DNA of 61,553 nucleotides, from positions 1 to 61,553 of the IMG/VR virus record IMGVR_UViG_3300020147_000004; one strand, given 5' to 3'. Positions 49,648-59,581 of this stretch are shown piece after piece. The notes under the pieces were generated by a model, which did no database searches, was not told the origin of the DNA, and worked only from the letters and a program-made list of their open reading frames with translations. Position 1 is the first letter of the stretch; every line of letters starts with the position of its first letter. This DNA is from a virus. Its lineage: Duplodnaviria; Caudoviricetes. Both the position numbers and the translations under genes were made by a program.

Positions 49648-50901
49648 ATGGGTTCTACGCTCTCTACATTCGATGCTCTGCTCAAAGAGCGGTATATCGA
49701 TTCTTCGAAGGTCGAAGAACTCGTGTATCCGCAAAACGTGCTGCTCGGGCGACTCGAGAAGCGCGGCGATACTGGCATGGTCGGCGATTCGATGCCGATC
49801 CCGATCATCACTGCCAACCCTCAGGGTGTAGGCGGTGTGTTTGCGCAGGCTCAGGCCAACGCGAGCAACATCGGCGCCAACAAGTTTTTGACGACCGCGG
49901 GTGACTACTTCGGTGTCATCGCGATCGGCGACAAGGTGATGAAGGCGTCCCGCACCAACGCAGGCGCGTTCCTCGAGAACAAGATCACCGAAATCGACGG
50001 TCTCTATGAGACCGCGATGGACTCGCTCAGCCTCTACGCATGGGGCAACGGCGGGCAGTCACTCGGACAGATCGCGAGCATCAGCGGGAACACGTTCGTT
50101 CTCACGGTCCCGAGCGACGTGGCGAACTTCGAGGTCGGCATGTCGGTCGTGGCGTCGCTGAACGACGGCGCAGCCTCGACGGACGCACTCATCGACTCCG
50201 GCAACTCGACCACGGTCTCCGGCATCAACCGCGCCACTGGTGCGGTCACGCTCGCCAACGCGGCGGCCATCTCAGGGCTCGCGAACGGGAACTTCCTGTT
50301 CCGCGAGGGCGACTTCTTCGGCAACACCGGGACGATCGTTATCCGCGGCGTCGGTGCCTACATCACCGCGACGGACACCCCCGGAGCACTGTGGGGCGTC
50401 TCGGCCGCGACGCGCGCGACCGACGTGCAGCGCTGGTCCGGCTGCCGCGTGGATCCCACGACCCTCGCCGGCAAGTCCTACGACCAGCGCATCAAGGCGC
50501 TGTTCTCGCAGATGACGGGCCGGTTCAAGGCGAAGGCGCCGACCGCTTGCTACCTGCACCCCGAGGACTTCGACGTGCTCGAGACCGTGATGGCCGCCAA
50601 GGGCATCCGGCCGCTCGAGGATGAATCGACGCAGTTCGGGTACACGAAGATCGACGTGATGACGGCCTCGGGCCGCGTGCCGATCTTCTCGGACCGTCAC
50701 GTCCCGCTCGGCAACTGCTTCGCTCTCCGTGAGGAGAACTGGTGGATCTCGAGCATGGGCGAGCTCCTGCACGTCCAGAACAGCGACGGCTTGCAGATGC
50801 TCCGGCAGAGCACGACCACGGACTACGAGTTCCGGCTGCTCAGCTATCCGATCCTCGCCTGCAACGCCCCGAAGAACAACGGCCGCATCGCCCTGACCTG
50901 A
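49648..50901 (+). CDS. Major capsid protein
   Basis: 417 aa after the scaffold; strongly biased codons; ALLKERY start, CNAPKNNGRI end. Confidence 0.85.
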   Translation: MGSTLSTFDALLKERYIDSSKVEELVYPQNVLLGRLEKRGDTGMVGDSMPIPIITANPQGVGGVFAQAQANASNIGANKFLTTAGDYFGVIAIGDKVMKASRTNAGAFLENKITEIDGLYETAMDSLSLYAWGNGGQSLGQIASISGNTFVLTVPSDVANFEVGMSVVASLNDGAASTDALIDSGNSTTVSGINRATGAVTLANAAAISGLANGNFLFREGDFFGNTGTIVIRGVGAYITATDTPGALWGVSAATRATDVQRWSGCRVDPTTLAGKSYDQRIKALFSQMTGRFKAKAPTACYLHPEDFDVLETVMAAKGIRPLEDESTQFGYTKIDVMTASGRVPIFSDRHVPLGNCFALREENWWISSMGELLHVQNSDGLQMLRQSTTTDYEFRLLSYPILACNAPKNNGRIALT

Positions 50902-50914
50902 GGAGTTCGGCCCG

Positions 50915-51391
50915 ATGCCTGCAATTCCGACTCAACTCGCGTTCGGCAACGCCAATCAGTTTGCGCTGCGCTCCTCGGGGCAACTCGGGGAGCACGGGTT
51001 CGTCGTTCCGCTCGCGTTCCAGGTGGGCTCGGGCGGAATGCCCGCCGTTGGCCGCATCACGGCAAGCGGCGGCACGGTCACCGGCATCGTGGCGAAGACG
51101 GAGTATCCCGGCTTCGGCGTGACGCTGGTGGGCACTGCGCTCTACAACGTGCAGCTCCCAAATGCGCCGTGGACAACGGTGTTGGCGGACGTTGCGGCGC
51201 CCTCGGGCCGCGCGTTCGATGCGAAGCGGCAGTACAACCGCGGCGACTCGGCGTCCGGGCTGATGAAGCTCGGCACGTTCGAGACCGTGGTGAGTGGACA
51301 GCGCATCCCCGCGGCGGCGCCGACTGGCTCCATCGTGGATCTGCTCGTCTACGTGAACCCGCGTAACGGCGGGGGGCTGACGCGCTTCTGA
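50915..51391 (+). CDS. Probable capsid decoration protein
   Basis: GAGGAG RBS directly after the capsid gene; beta-rich; 8 SG/TG dipeptides. Confidence 0.55.
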   Translation: MPAIPTQLAFGNANQFALRSSGQLGEHGFVVPLAFQVGSGGMPAVGRITASGGTVTGIVAKTEYPGFGVTLVGTALYNVQLPNAPWTTVLADVAAPSGRAFDAKRQYNRGDSASGLMKLGTFETVVSGQRIPAAAPTGSIVDLLVYVNPRNGGGLTRF

Positions 51392-51693
51392 TGGCTGACC
51401 CGTTGGCAGAGATGCTCGGCGGCGAAGGGGACGGCGCCGAAATGGACATGGGCAGTGGAGCCGACACGTCGGTTGACCCGCTGCCCATGGACGATTTCGG
51501 AATGGCCATCTCCGAGGCGTTCCCGGACAACACGTGGACGCCCGAGAAGCTCGACGCGATGAAGGAAGCCATTCGGCTCTGCCTCGATGAGGACAAGGCC
51601 GGCGGCTACGACGACGCAGCTTCCGGTGGGAAGCCGAAGGGGGACGACGCGCTCGCCCTGATCTTCGAGGGGCCGCCCGCCAAGAAGAAGTAG
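51391..51693 (+). CDS. Acidic hypothetical protein
   Basis: Coupled ORF. Confidence 0.6.
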   Translation: MADPLAEMLGGEGDGAEMDMGSGADTSVDPLPMDDFGMAISEAFPDNTWTPEKLDAMKEAIRLCLDEDKAGGYDDAASGGKPKGDDALALIFEGPPAKKK

Positions 51694-51699
51694 CGCCGC

Positions 51700-54534
51700 A
51701 TGAGCCGGAACTCTACGCTCGCTCGGCTCCGCGCGGACGTGGAGAACCAGGCCGACATCGTCGGCGCTGCGAACCGCTATCCGCCGACGCTCATCAATCG
51801 GCTGATCAACCAGTCGATTCAGCGTTTTCGTGAGCGGATCTCCAACGAGGGGATCACTCACTACCTGACGGCGACGACGGGCACGCTCTCGTCCGGGACG
51901 ACGAGCCCCTACCCGTTCCAGGTTCTGGACCTTTCGGCCGTCTCGCCCGGCATTGTCCGAACGCTTGGCGTGGACCTGACCGTTCAGGGGACGGTCTACT
52001 CGCTGAAGCACGTTCCGTTCGAGGAGCGCGCAAGCTTTGGCACGCACACGGCGCAGCCGCTCGCGTGGGCGCATTTCCAGACCGCGAAGATCGCGATTCT
52101 GCCGGCGCCGGACGCCTCGTACGACTACACGGTCTGGTACCTCCCGCTCCTCTCGGATCTGACCGCCGAGACCGACACGTTCGACGGCGTCGCGGGCTGG
52201 GAAGATTTCATCGTCTGGGATGTCGTCAGCAGGCTCACGCAGCGCGACACGTACCAGGCCGCTTTTGCGCTCGCGAAGCAGCAGAGTGCGGAGCTCTTCG
52301 CCGACATCATCCGCAGCGCCACGAAGGTCACCGCCGCGGGCGGGACGCATACGGGGCGGGACACGTTTGGGCAGCTTGGCTTTTTGCCGGGGCGGAGGCG
52401 TGGTCCCACTGCGTCCGCGGGCGGCGGCGGCTCCTCGGTCATCGCGAACGGCAGCGTCACGAACGCGAAGCTCGCGGAGATGGCGGCCCTCACCATCAAA
52501 GCGAACATCACCGCGGTCTCGGCCAGCCCGACCGATGCGACCGGCGCGGAAGTCTCGCAGTACATCCTCCCGAAGTACGCCGGTTCGACTCCGGGGCTTG
52601 TGCCGACCGGTGCGGGCTCAACCTCGTTGTTCTTGCGCGAGGACGGGACGTGGGCGGCGCCGAGTGTCGGCGGCTCGGTCTCTGGACTCACGCTCTCGCA
52701 ACTCCAAAACATCGCAGGGCCGCGCTTTCTCGGTCGCTTCGCTGCGACGGGCGCGGTCGAGCAGATCACAACGGCGCAAGTCGCGTCGATGGTTCCGCTC
52801 TTCACGACCTCGACGCCTGGCGCTGTGCCGTATCCAACGGGCGGCGCGGCAGGCTTGTTTTTGCGGGATGACGCGACGTGGGCAGCGCCGGCTGGGGGCG
52901 GGGGCAGCTCGAGCGGCATCTCCAACTCGCAGCTGGCGCCAGCGCCTCCGCTGACGGTCAAGGGGCGCTTCTCGACTGGTAGCGGGGCGGTCGAAGACGT
53001 GACGGCCGCGCAGGTCGCCTCGCTCCTTCCCAACTTCGGGACGGCCTCGGGCGCGACGCGCGGCTTCGTCTACTCGCCGACCGCGGGCGTGGCCGGCCGC
53101 TTCCTTCGCGACGACGGCGTCTTCGCTTCTGTCCCGGTCGCCTCTGCCCTCGCGAGCGGCATCCAATTCGGTCAGCTCGGCGCGATGCAGTCGCCGCGCA
53201 TCTTGGGGCGCATTACTGGCGGCTCGGGAGCTCGAGAGCAGCTCACGGGCGCTCAAGTCGCGTCCTTCATCGCGCCGTTCACGACCACGACGCACGGCCT
53301 CGTCCCGTTCCCGACGGGCGGAGCGAACGGCGCGTTTCTCAAGGATGACGGCACGTGGGCAGCCGTCAGTGGGGGCGGCGGCGCAGCCAACAATCCCGGC
53401 GCGCCCACGGGTGGCATTCAGTTCAATGCTGGCTCGGGTGTCTTCGGCGGCTCGAGCGGCTTCATGTTCGCGGTCGGCTCGGGTCTGAAGATCGACTACC
53501 CGATCTTCCAGCCCACCGGGTACATCGGCCTCGGTGCGACGGGGGGGCCGCAGATCCCGCAGACGTATCTCACGTCGCTAGGCGGCAAGTTCGGCATCGG
53601 CTTCTCGCAGAACCCGTCGCTCACGGCATTCCAGGTCGAGAACAATCCGGCTCTCCCAGCAAACGTCAAGTTTACGGCGCACGATGCGGGCGGTTACGGC
53701 TCGCCTCGTGAGTGGCTGAGCATTGACCGTTCGGCGCCGTCCGGAACGCTCGACATCTTCCTCGGGCACCCGACAGAGACCGACGATGTCCTGCTGCGCG
53801 CGAAGCGACTGGTCAATGCGCAGATCACCGGAACAGGCGCGTTCATCGCGCAGGTCGATGACCGGACCGCCTTCCGCGTCTCGGCTTCGGGCGTTTTTGT
53901 CCCGAGCGGATGGCTCAATGTCGGCGCGCTTCCCATCCGCACGCCGACACTCATCTCGACGAGCAACTTCCTCCGGTCTGACGGTGAATGGGCCGCGCCA
54001 GCAGGCGGCGGCGCAGGCACTCCCGCCGGCCCGACCGGAGCGCTCCAGTTCAACGCGGCGGGCTCTTTCGGCGGCGCGACTGGCATCACGATTACCGCAT
54101 CCGGGCTTGCGCTCGGCGTCACCCCGAGCGGCCCACTGCTCCACGCGAGCGGGATCAACATGCGCTCGTCGGACATCGACAACGTCAAGCGCATCAACGG
54201 GCTGCAAGGCATCAAGGTCTACGGCGAGGTCAGCGGCGGCGGCGCGGCGTCAGGAACGCAGGCTCTCTCGGCCGCCAGTGGGACGGCGTTCATCATCCCA
54301 GCCACCGTTACGACCGGCCAAGTCTTCTTCGCCGTCCCGTCGCTCGCGACGCATGGCGATAGCATCCTGCTCGAGAACCTCTCGAGCATCACGCACCGCG
54401 TGAACAACACCGGCACGGGTATGGGCGCGGCGTCTGGCTTCGTCGCGACGCTCGCCTCTCGCTACGGCATCTCTCTGCGGTTCGCTTCCGGGGCCTGGGA
54501 ATACGGCAACAGGTACCAGCTGGGCGGGTTCTAG
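51700..54534 (+). CDS. Head-tail adaptor-like domain fused to a repetitive fibre-like region
   Basis: N-terminal ~230 aa adaptor-like (LARLRADV..ADI, ILPAPD, VWYLP, GWEDFIVWDV); repeats ending FLRxDGxWAAP. Confidence 0.7.
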   Translation: MSRNSTLARLRADVENQADIVGAANRYPPTLINRLINQSIQRFRERISNEGITHYLTATTGTLSSGTTSPYPFQVLDLSAVSPGIVRTLGVDLTVQGTVYSLKHVPFEERASFGTHTAQPLAWAHFQTAKIAILPAPDASYDYTVWYLPLLSDLTAETDTFDGVAGWEDFIVWDVVSRLTQRDTYQAAFALAKQQSAELFADIIRSATKVTAAGGTHTGRDTFGQLGFLPGRRRGPTASAGGGGSSVIANGSVTNAKLAEMAALTIKANITAVSASPTDATGAEVSQYILPKYAGSTPGLVPTGAGSTSLFLREDGTWAAPSVGGSVSGLTLSQLQNIAGPRFLGRFAATGAVEQITTAQVASMVPLFTTSTPGAVPYPTGGAAGLFLRDDATWAAPAGGGGSSSGISNSQLAPAPPLTVKGRFSTGSGAVEDVTAAQVASLLPNFGTASGATRGFVYSPTAGVAGRFLRDDGVFASVPVASALASGIQFGQLGAMQSPRILGRITGGSGAREQLTGAQVASFIAPFTTTTHGLVPFPTGGANGAFLKDDGTWAAVSGGGGAANNPGAPTGGIQFNAGSGVFGGSSGFMFAVGSGLKIDYPIFQPTGYIGLGATGGPQIPQTYLTSLGGKFGIGFSQNPSLTAFQVENNPALPANVKFTAHDAGGYGSPREWLSIDRSAPSGTLDIFLGHPTETDDVLLRAKRLVNAQITGTGAFIAQVDDRTAFRVSASGVFVPSGWLNVGALPIRTPTLISTSNFLRSDGEWAAPAGGGAGTPAGPTGALQFNAAGSFGGATGITITASGLALGVTPSGPLLHASGINMRSSDIDNVKRINGLQGIKVYGEVSGGGAASGTQALSAASGTAFIIPATVTTGQVFFAVPSLATHGDSILLENLSSITHRVNNTGTGMGAASGFVATLASRYGISLRFASGAWEYGNRYQLGGF

Positions 54535-55316
54535 TGGCCTGGGTTGCCCTGTGGCTGTTCGACGAAGCTGCGAGCGGGACGGGCCCCGCGTCCGTCCTGG
54601 ACTCGGTGGCCTCTCCGGTAAACCTGCCGATCACATATGACGGCGCGACGTGGACGAGCGTTGCTGCCGGGCGTGGGTTGCAGCTGCCCGACGATACTGG
54701 TGCTCGTGCCTCGAACAGTTCGATCGGCAGCACAAAGCTGGCGTTCACGTCCGGACTGACGGCGTTCACCATCGAGGCAACCGTCGGTCTGAATTTCAGC
54801 GGCGGGACGTGGCAGTCGCGCGGGTTCTTTGAGCTCGAAGACCAGTCGGTCGCCCAAAGCGGCGTCTACGTCAAAACGGACCACACCATCTCCTCCTTCT
54901 CGGGGGTGTTCGACGGCGCAGCGTTCAGCTGTAGCGGCACCAGCCCGTCGATGACGACGCCGCACGTTTTTCACTGGGTCTTCGACCCGACGAACGCGAC
55001 AGCGGACGACCGATTCCGCTTCTACGTGGACGGCGTACGCGCGTCAGACACGAATTCGTTCACTGGCTCCGAAGTCCTCGAGAACATCGATCGACTTTGG
55101 ATCGGGTTCGGCGAGCACGGCGGAGGAAGCGCGGCGTGCACCTTCTATGAAGCCGCGTTTGCCGACCACGCCGCCGACGCGAGCGAGATTGCATCGCGCG
55201 CAACGGCGTTGCTGGCAAACAATGATGCCGACCCCGCGAGCGCTCCCGAGCCACCCGCTGTGGTGGCCGTCACGACATTCGCGTCGGACTTCGAGCGGAG
55301 GAGGGTGCTGCTTTGA
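54534..55316 (+). CDS. LamG/ConA-like beta-sandwich virion protein
   Basis: LWLFDE, FTIEA, FYVDG, LWIG. Confidence 0.65.
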   Translation: MAWVALWLFDEAASGTGPASVLDSVASPVNLPITYDGATWTSVAAGRGLQLPDDTGARASNSSIGSTKLAFTSGLTAFTIEATVGLNFSGGTWQSRGFFELEDQSVAQSGVYVKTDHTISSFSGVFDGAAFSCSGTSPSMTTPHVFHWVFDPTNATADDRFRFYVDGVRASDTNSFTGSEVLENIDRLWIGFGEHGGGSAACTFYEAAFADHAADASEIASRATALLANNDADPASAPEPPAVVAVTTFASDFERRRVLL

Positions 55317-56026
55317 TGCAGTCCACCTGGGATCCGCTGCGACTCAGGCCGCTGATCTGGCTTCCGGCGACGCTCCACGACGTGCGCATCACTGGCGGCA
55401 ATCAAGTCGTCGATTGGCGCAGCCGGACCGGAGACACGCAGCGCATCCCGGCAAGCAATGCGCCCAATTGGGAGCCCAACGGCTGGGGCTCGAACATAGG
55501 CGCCGTGCGGTTTTCGCAGGCTGCGGGGGGCCCGTTCTTCTCGACGACAAGCGGCTCGCTCGCGGCACTCGGCGGCGGCTTGGCGCAGCCGTTCAGCATC
55601 CTGATGACGGTGCATCAAGTCTTGGTGGCCGACCACGTGCTCGTTTGCTGGGACGACACGGGCGGCCCCTCCGTCTCGAACTTCCGCGTAGACAACACGG
55701 GCGGCGGGCGACTGCGGTACACCCGTACGGACGTAGGCTCGACCACGAATACCGTCACTGCCTCTGCGGACATCGGCACGGGTCACCAACGCGTGGGCAT
55801 GGCGTACAGGGGCCAGTTTTCCGACTTGTTCACGGGCCGCGCTGGCGTCACGTCCGGTGACTCCGGCTCTGGCACGTCAAACATCAACCGGTTTCGCTTC
55901 GGCACCGGCCCGGTCATCGACGCGTTCACGGGCGTATTCGCCGAGCTCGTTGTGCTCGAGCGGGCCATCTCCTTGTCGGAGTGGCAGGCCTATTTTGACT
56001 ACTCCGTCCGAAGGTGGGGCATCTGA
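55313..56026 (+). CDS. LamG/ConA-like virion protein
   Basis: WDP..L..LIWL, V.DW, FTGVFAELVV..RAIS, Y...RWGI. Confidence 0.65.
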   Translation: MMQSTWDPLRLRPLIWLPATLHDVRITGGNQVVDWRSRTGDTQRIPASNAPNWEPNGWGSNIGAVRFSQAAGGPFFSTTSGSLAALGGGLAQPFSILMTVHQVLVADHVLVCWDDTGGPSVSNFRVDNTGGGRLRYTRTDVGSTTNTVTASADIGTGHQRVGMAYRGQFSDLFTGRAGVTSGDSGSGTSNINRFRFGTGPVIDAFTGVFAELVVLERAISLSEWQAYFDYSVRRWGI

Positions 56027-56469
56027 TGGGCACCTCGCCTGGCGTTCCCCTCCGCTACAGCACGCGCTCCATCGAGGAGCTCGCGAAGGACATGGAGCGC
56101 GCCGCGGTGGCGCTGACGACATGGGCCAAGGGCCTCCCCTCGCCGACCGACGCGCTGCCCATCATCGGCCCGCTTGCCGCGACAGGCGCGACGCTCGCGT
56201 TCGGGCAGACGGCGCGAGTCAGTCCGCGCGAGGGGGAGCAAATCACTCTGTTCCTTCCGCGTCCGGACAGTCGCAACGGTGGGCGGACGGTTGGCGTGAT
56301 GCGGCTTGCTGCTCTCGGCGCCGTCGAAATCGTCGCGACCGACTGCACGGTCAACGGCCTCGAGCACATCTACCTTCTAGGTGATGTCGGGCTCACGTCG
56401 ATTCAATTCGACGGTGGGGACTACTTCATGAGCAACGCGGGCTCTCTCCCGTGGGGTGACGGGCTGTGA
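56026..56469 (+). CDS. Small tail-associated protein
   Basis: ITLFLP, VNG, FDG pattern; tail operon position. Confidence 0.5.
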   Translation: MGTSPGVPLRYSTRSIEELAKDMERAAVALTTWAKGLPSPTDALPIIGPLAATGATLAFGQTARVSPREGEQITLFLPRPDSRNGGRTVGVMRLAALGAVEIVATDCTVNGLEHIYLLGDVGLTSIQFDGGDYFMSNAGSLPWGDGL

Positions 56470-56476
56470 GGATGCA

Positions 56477-59400
56477 ATGCGGAGCGTAGAGAACAAGCTC
56501 ATCCACATCACGTGCGACAAGGGCACGCAGCAAGAGACGAACAAGCGGATCTCCCCGATCGGCACCTTTTCGCTCGTGCAGAACATGCGCATCAACGGCC
56601 AGGGCGTGATGCAGAAGCGGTACGGGACGCGCGCGATCGGGAACGGCTCGGTCGGGCCGGCGGCGCTCACTGCATCCGGTGCGACAGACGACCCGGTATA
56701 CGCGCCTGCATTCATCTCGCGCGTCGGGGGCTCCGGGCTTGTTGGCGACACGGACGGTCGCGCGTTTGCTCACATCGACGACACCAGCGGCCTCAACGTT
56801 GATGCGCTCTGCCTGCAGGGCAGGTACTCCACGTGCATCCCGGTCCGCAAGCGCTTCGGCATCATGGGCTCGGAGATCGGTAGCGGGTCGGGATACGGTC
56901 GGCGCGCGCCAGCGGTCGCGGTCAACTCGCTCGGTTACGTTATGGTCGCAGCTATCAGCGACGGGGACGACCTCTACGCGTACGTCGAGACGCCCGAGGG
57001 AGTCCGAACGTTCATCAAGCGAATCGACAACGCGACGGTGGTGCAGGTGCGGCTCCTCACCTACGGCGCGACGTTCGTCATCGTCTGGCAAATCGGAACG
57101 ACAATCCGCGCGCAGACCGTCGTTGACGGGGCGTCGGCGAGCGCCGAAACGGATCTGACCACGGCGTTGCCTTCCGGCGGGCACTGGGACGTGACCGCCT
57201 ACGATGCAACGAACTGGTTCCTCGGCTACAACTTCGACAGCAGCGGAAGCAACGTGATCCGCGTCTCGAAGATGACGGCACTTGTCGCCAGCTCTTCGAC
57301 CAACATTGCGATCGACGGCACGGACGACGGGTTTGGGCTCGAGCCGGTCGCGCCGATGTCCTTGTACGGCGACACGGCGAACACGAAGGTTTGGGTCGGC
57401 TGGTACGACGAGACCGTTGATGTCAAGTACGCCGTTTTGAACGCGGCTTCTATGGCAGCGGTGCTGAGCGGCGCAACGATCGCGACCGTCGCCACGAACG
57501 CAGGCGGGCCGCCACTGTTCGGCCGCTATCGGTTCGCCACGGACACGGTCCGGTTCATCTATCGGCTCATCACCAGCGCAACGACGCGGGCGACGGTGTT
57601 CGGCGACGCGGTCAGCGGCGGCGTTTCTGTCGTCGGGGGGAGCCTCAGCAACATCGTCCCCATTTCCAAGCCCGACAGCGACCTGCGCTTTTGGGCCATT
57701 ACCGACGCGAACAGTTCCAATTTCCTCCTCTCGCGCGCGGTGCTCGTTCGAATGCCTGGCGATTCGAGCGTCGCCACTCCCACGATTGAGCTCGCGTCGC
57801 CTCGCATGCCGTGGATCGGCAACACCTACAGCGCGGTGCAAGACGTGCAGTTTTTCCACGCAACGGCGGAGGCTGCGCGCTCGCACATGTTCGCGTTCCC
57901 GTTTGTGCTGACCACGTTCGGGGACAACCCGCTCGTAAAAGTCGAGGTCTACGAGTACGAGACGACCGATGAGCACGCGCACCGGTCTCCAGTGCCAGCG
58001 GGGGCGACCACGTTCATCCCAGGGCAAGCCGTCGAGGTGTACGCGCAGCCGACCGGGACGACGAACTACAACGGGTCACTGGTCAGCAGTGGCGGCCTGT
58101 ACATGGGCGCCGCGGAGGTGGGATTTGTCGAGACCCCGCTCATCGTCTCCTCCAGCGCAGCGAGCGGAAGCGGCGTCGGAGCGGGCACGTACTCTTACCG
58201 CGCGGTCTTCGAGTGGACGGACGCTTATGGCCGGCGGCACCAGTCCGCGCCGTCCGCTCCGTTCGAGGTGACGCTCGGACAGGCCCGCGACGTGACCCTC
58301 ACACTGCGGAGCTGCAACGTCACGCAGCGTGTGTCTGCGTACGCTCCGGTATCGCAGCCGCGCACGGTCGTCTACCGGACCGTTTCGGGCGGCACGAACT
58401 ACCACCGACTGCCGGGTAGCGGGACCACGTCCTTCACGGACAACTTCGCCGACGATTCGATCGACGACGAGGCGTTCCTTTACACGGACGGCAACGTGCT
58501 CGAGAACGACCTCGCGCCGTCGTGCCGGTTCATGCGCTTCGTCTCGGGCCGGCTCTGGTGCGGCGGGCTCTGGGACCCGGCCATCATCGAGTGCAGCAAG
58601 CTCTCGGTGCCGGAGGAGCAGGTCGCGTTTACGGGCGACCCGAGCCACCAAGTCCCGATCGGCGCGGACTGCACCGGGCTTGCCGTCATGGACGACCAGC
58701 TCGTCGTGTTCACGGCGGACGGCATCTTGGCCGTCGTCGGCGAGGGCCCAAACGACCAGGGCATCGGCGGCTTCGGCGTGCGCACCGTATCGGTCGGCGT
58801 CGGCTGCTCGGACTATCGCAGCATCGTCGAGACCGACCTGGGGGTCATCTTCCTGGCGCGCCTCGGCTTCTATTTGCTCCCCCGTGGCTTTGGCCCGCCG
58901 CAGTACATCGGCGCCATGGTGCAAGACATGTTTGCCAGCTATTCGACCTGTCTGGCTGGCGCAGCGTGGCACGGCAACGGCGCCAACTTGGCCCGATTCC
59001 TGATGAGCGACGGGAGCACCGGCCGCGTCACACTCGACTTCGACGTGGACAAGGGCGCCTGGTACGTCTCGACCTACGCACAACGAAACAACGAGCTCGG
59101 GGCGTGGCCGAGCGGCTGGGTGCTCTGCGCCGCGGATCTGGACAGCGACTCGACGCCGCGGCCGCTGCTCGTCGAGGACACATCGAAGGTCGCCGACGCG
59201 GTGCACGCCAGTAGTACTGGCTCGCACATCGAGCAGCGGGCCACGACGAACTGGATCACCCCGTCCGGCCCGGGCGGCTGGGCAACGGTGCAGAAATTCA
59301 TCGGGGCTGTCGTCCCGCTCGCAACGGCGAAGCTCCACCTTGCGGCCTACGTGAACACCGACGCTTCGGTTCAGACGAACAGCTGGGACATCTCCGGCGC

Positions 59401-59581
59401 TGATGAGATCGCGTATCGCTACCTTTTGCCCGCAGACCCACACGGCGTCTCATTCCGCGCGTCGATCTACGACTCCGCGCCTGCTGGCGGACCGTCTCGG
59501 GGTATGCAGTTGCTCGCAATTACGCTAGAATTTGAGCCCGATGGCGGTGTCAGGCCGCCGAATTACGGAGAGCAGTCATGA
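56477..59581 (+). CDS. Tail nozzle / tubular protein B-like
   Basis: 1034 aa beta-rich; QNMR..QKRYG start, GRLW, LVVF, VGC..RSIV, GVIF..GFY. Confidence 0.75.
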   Translation: MRSVENKLIHITCDKGTQQETNKRISPIGTFSLVQNMRINGQGVMQKRYGTRAIGNGSVGPAALTASGATDDPVYAPAFISRVGGSGLVGDTDGRAFAHIDDTSGLNVDALCLQGRYSTCIPVRKRFGIMGSEIGSGSGYGRRAPAVAVNSLGYVMVAAISDGDDLYAYVETPEGVRTFIKRIDNATVVQVRLLTYGATFVIVWQIGTTIRAQTVVDGASASAETDLTTALPSGGHWDVTAYDATNWFLGYNFDSSGSNVIRVSKMTALVASSSTNIAIDGTDDGFGLEPVAPMSLYGDTANTKVWVGWYDETVDVKYAVLNAASMAAVLSGATIATVATNAGGPPLFGRYRFATDTVRFIYRLITSATTRATVFGDAVSGGVSVVGGSLSNIVPISKPDSDLRFWAITDANSSNFLLSRAVLVRMPGDSSVATPTIELASPRMPWIGNTYSAVQDVQFFHATAEAARSHMFAFPFVLTTFGDNPLVKVEVYEYETTDEHAHRSPVPAGATTFIPGQAVEVYAQPTGTTNYNGSLVSSGGLYMGAAEVGFVETPLIVSSSAASGSGVGAGTYSYRAVFEWTDAYGRRHQSAPSAPFEVTLGQARDVTLTLRSCNVTQRVSAYAPVSQPRTVVYRTVSGGTNYHRLPGSGTTSFTDNFADDSIDDEAFLYTDGNVLENDLAPSCRFMRFVSGRLWCGGLWDPAIIECSKLSVPEEQVAFTGDPSHQVPIGADCTGLAVMDDQLVVFTADGILAVVGEGPNDQGIGGFGVRTVSVGVGCSDYRSIVETDLGVIFLARLGFYLLPRGFGPPQYIGAMVQDMFASYSTCLAGAAWHGNGANLARFLMSDGSTGRVTLDFDVDKGAWYVSTYAQRNNELGAWPSGWVLCAADLDSDSTPRPLLVEDTSKVADAVHASSTGSHIEQRATTNWITPSGPGGWATVQKFIGAVVPLATAKLHLAAYVNTDASVQTNSWDISGADEIAYRYLLPADPHGVSFRASIYDSAPAGGPSRGMQLLAITLEFEPDGGVRPPNYGEQS

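Noticed and set aside
52560-53370. Diversity-generating retroelement or invertible fibre cassette
   Set aside because: The repeats are diverged at protein level; no reverse transcriptase, invertase or adenine-specific template/variable pair seen
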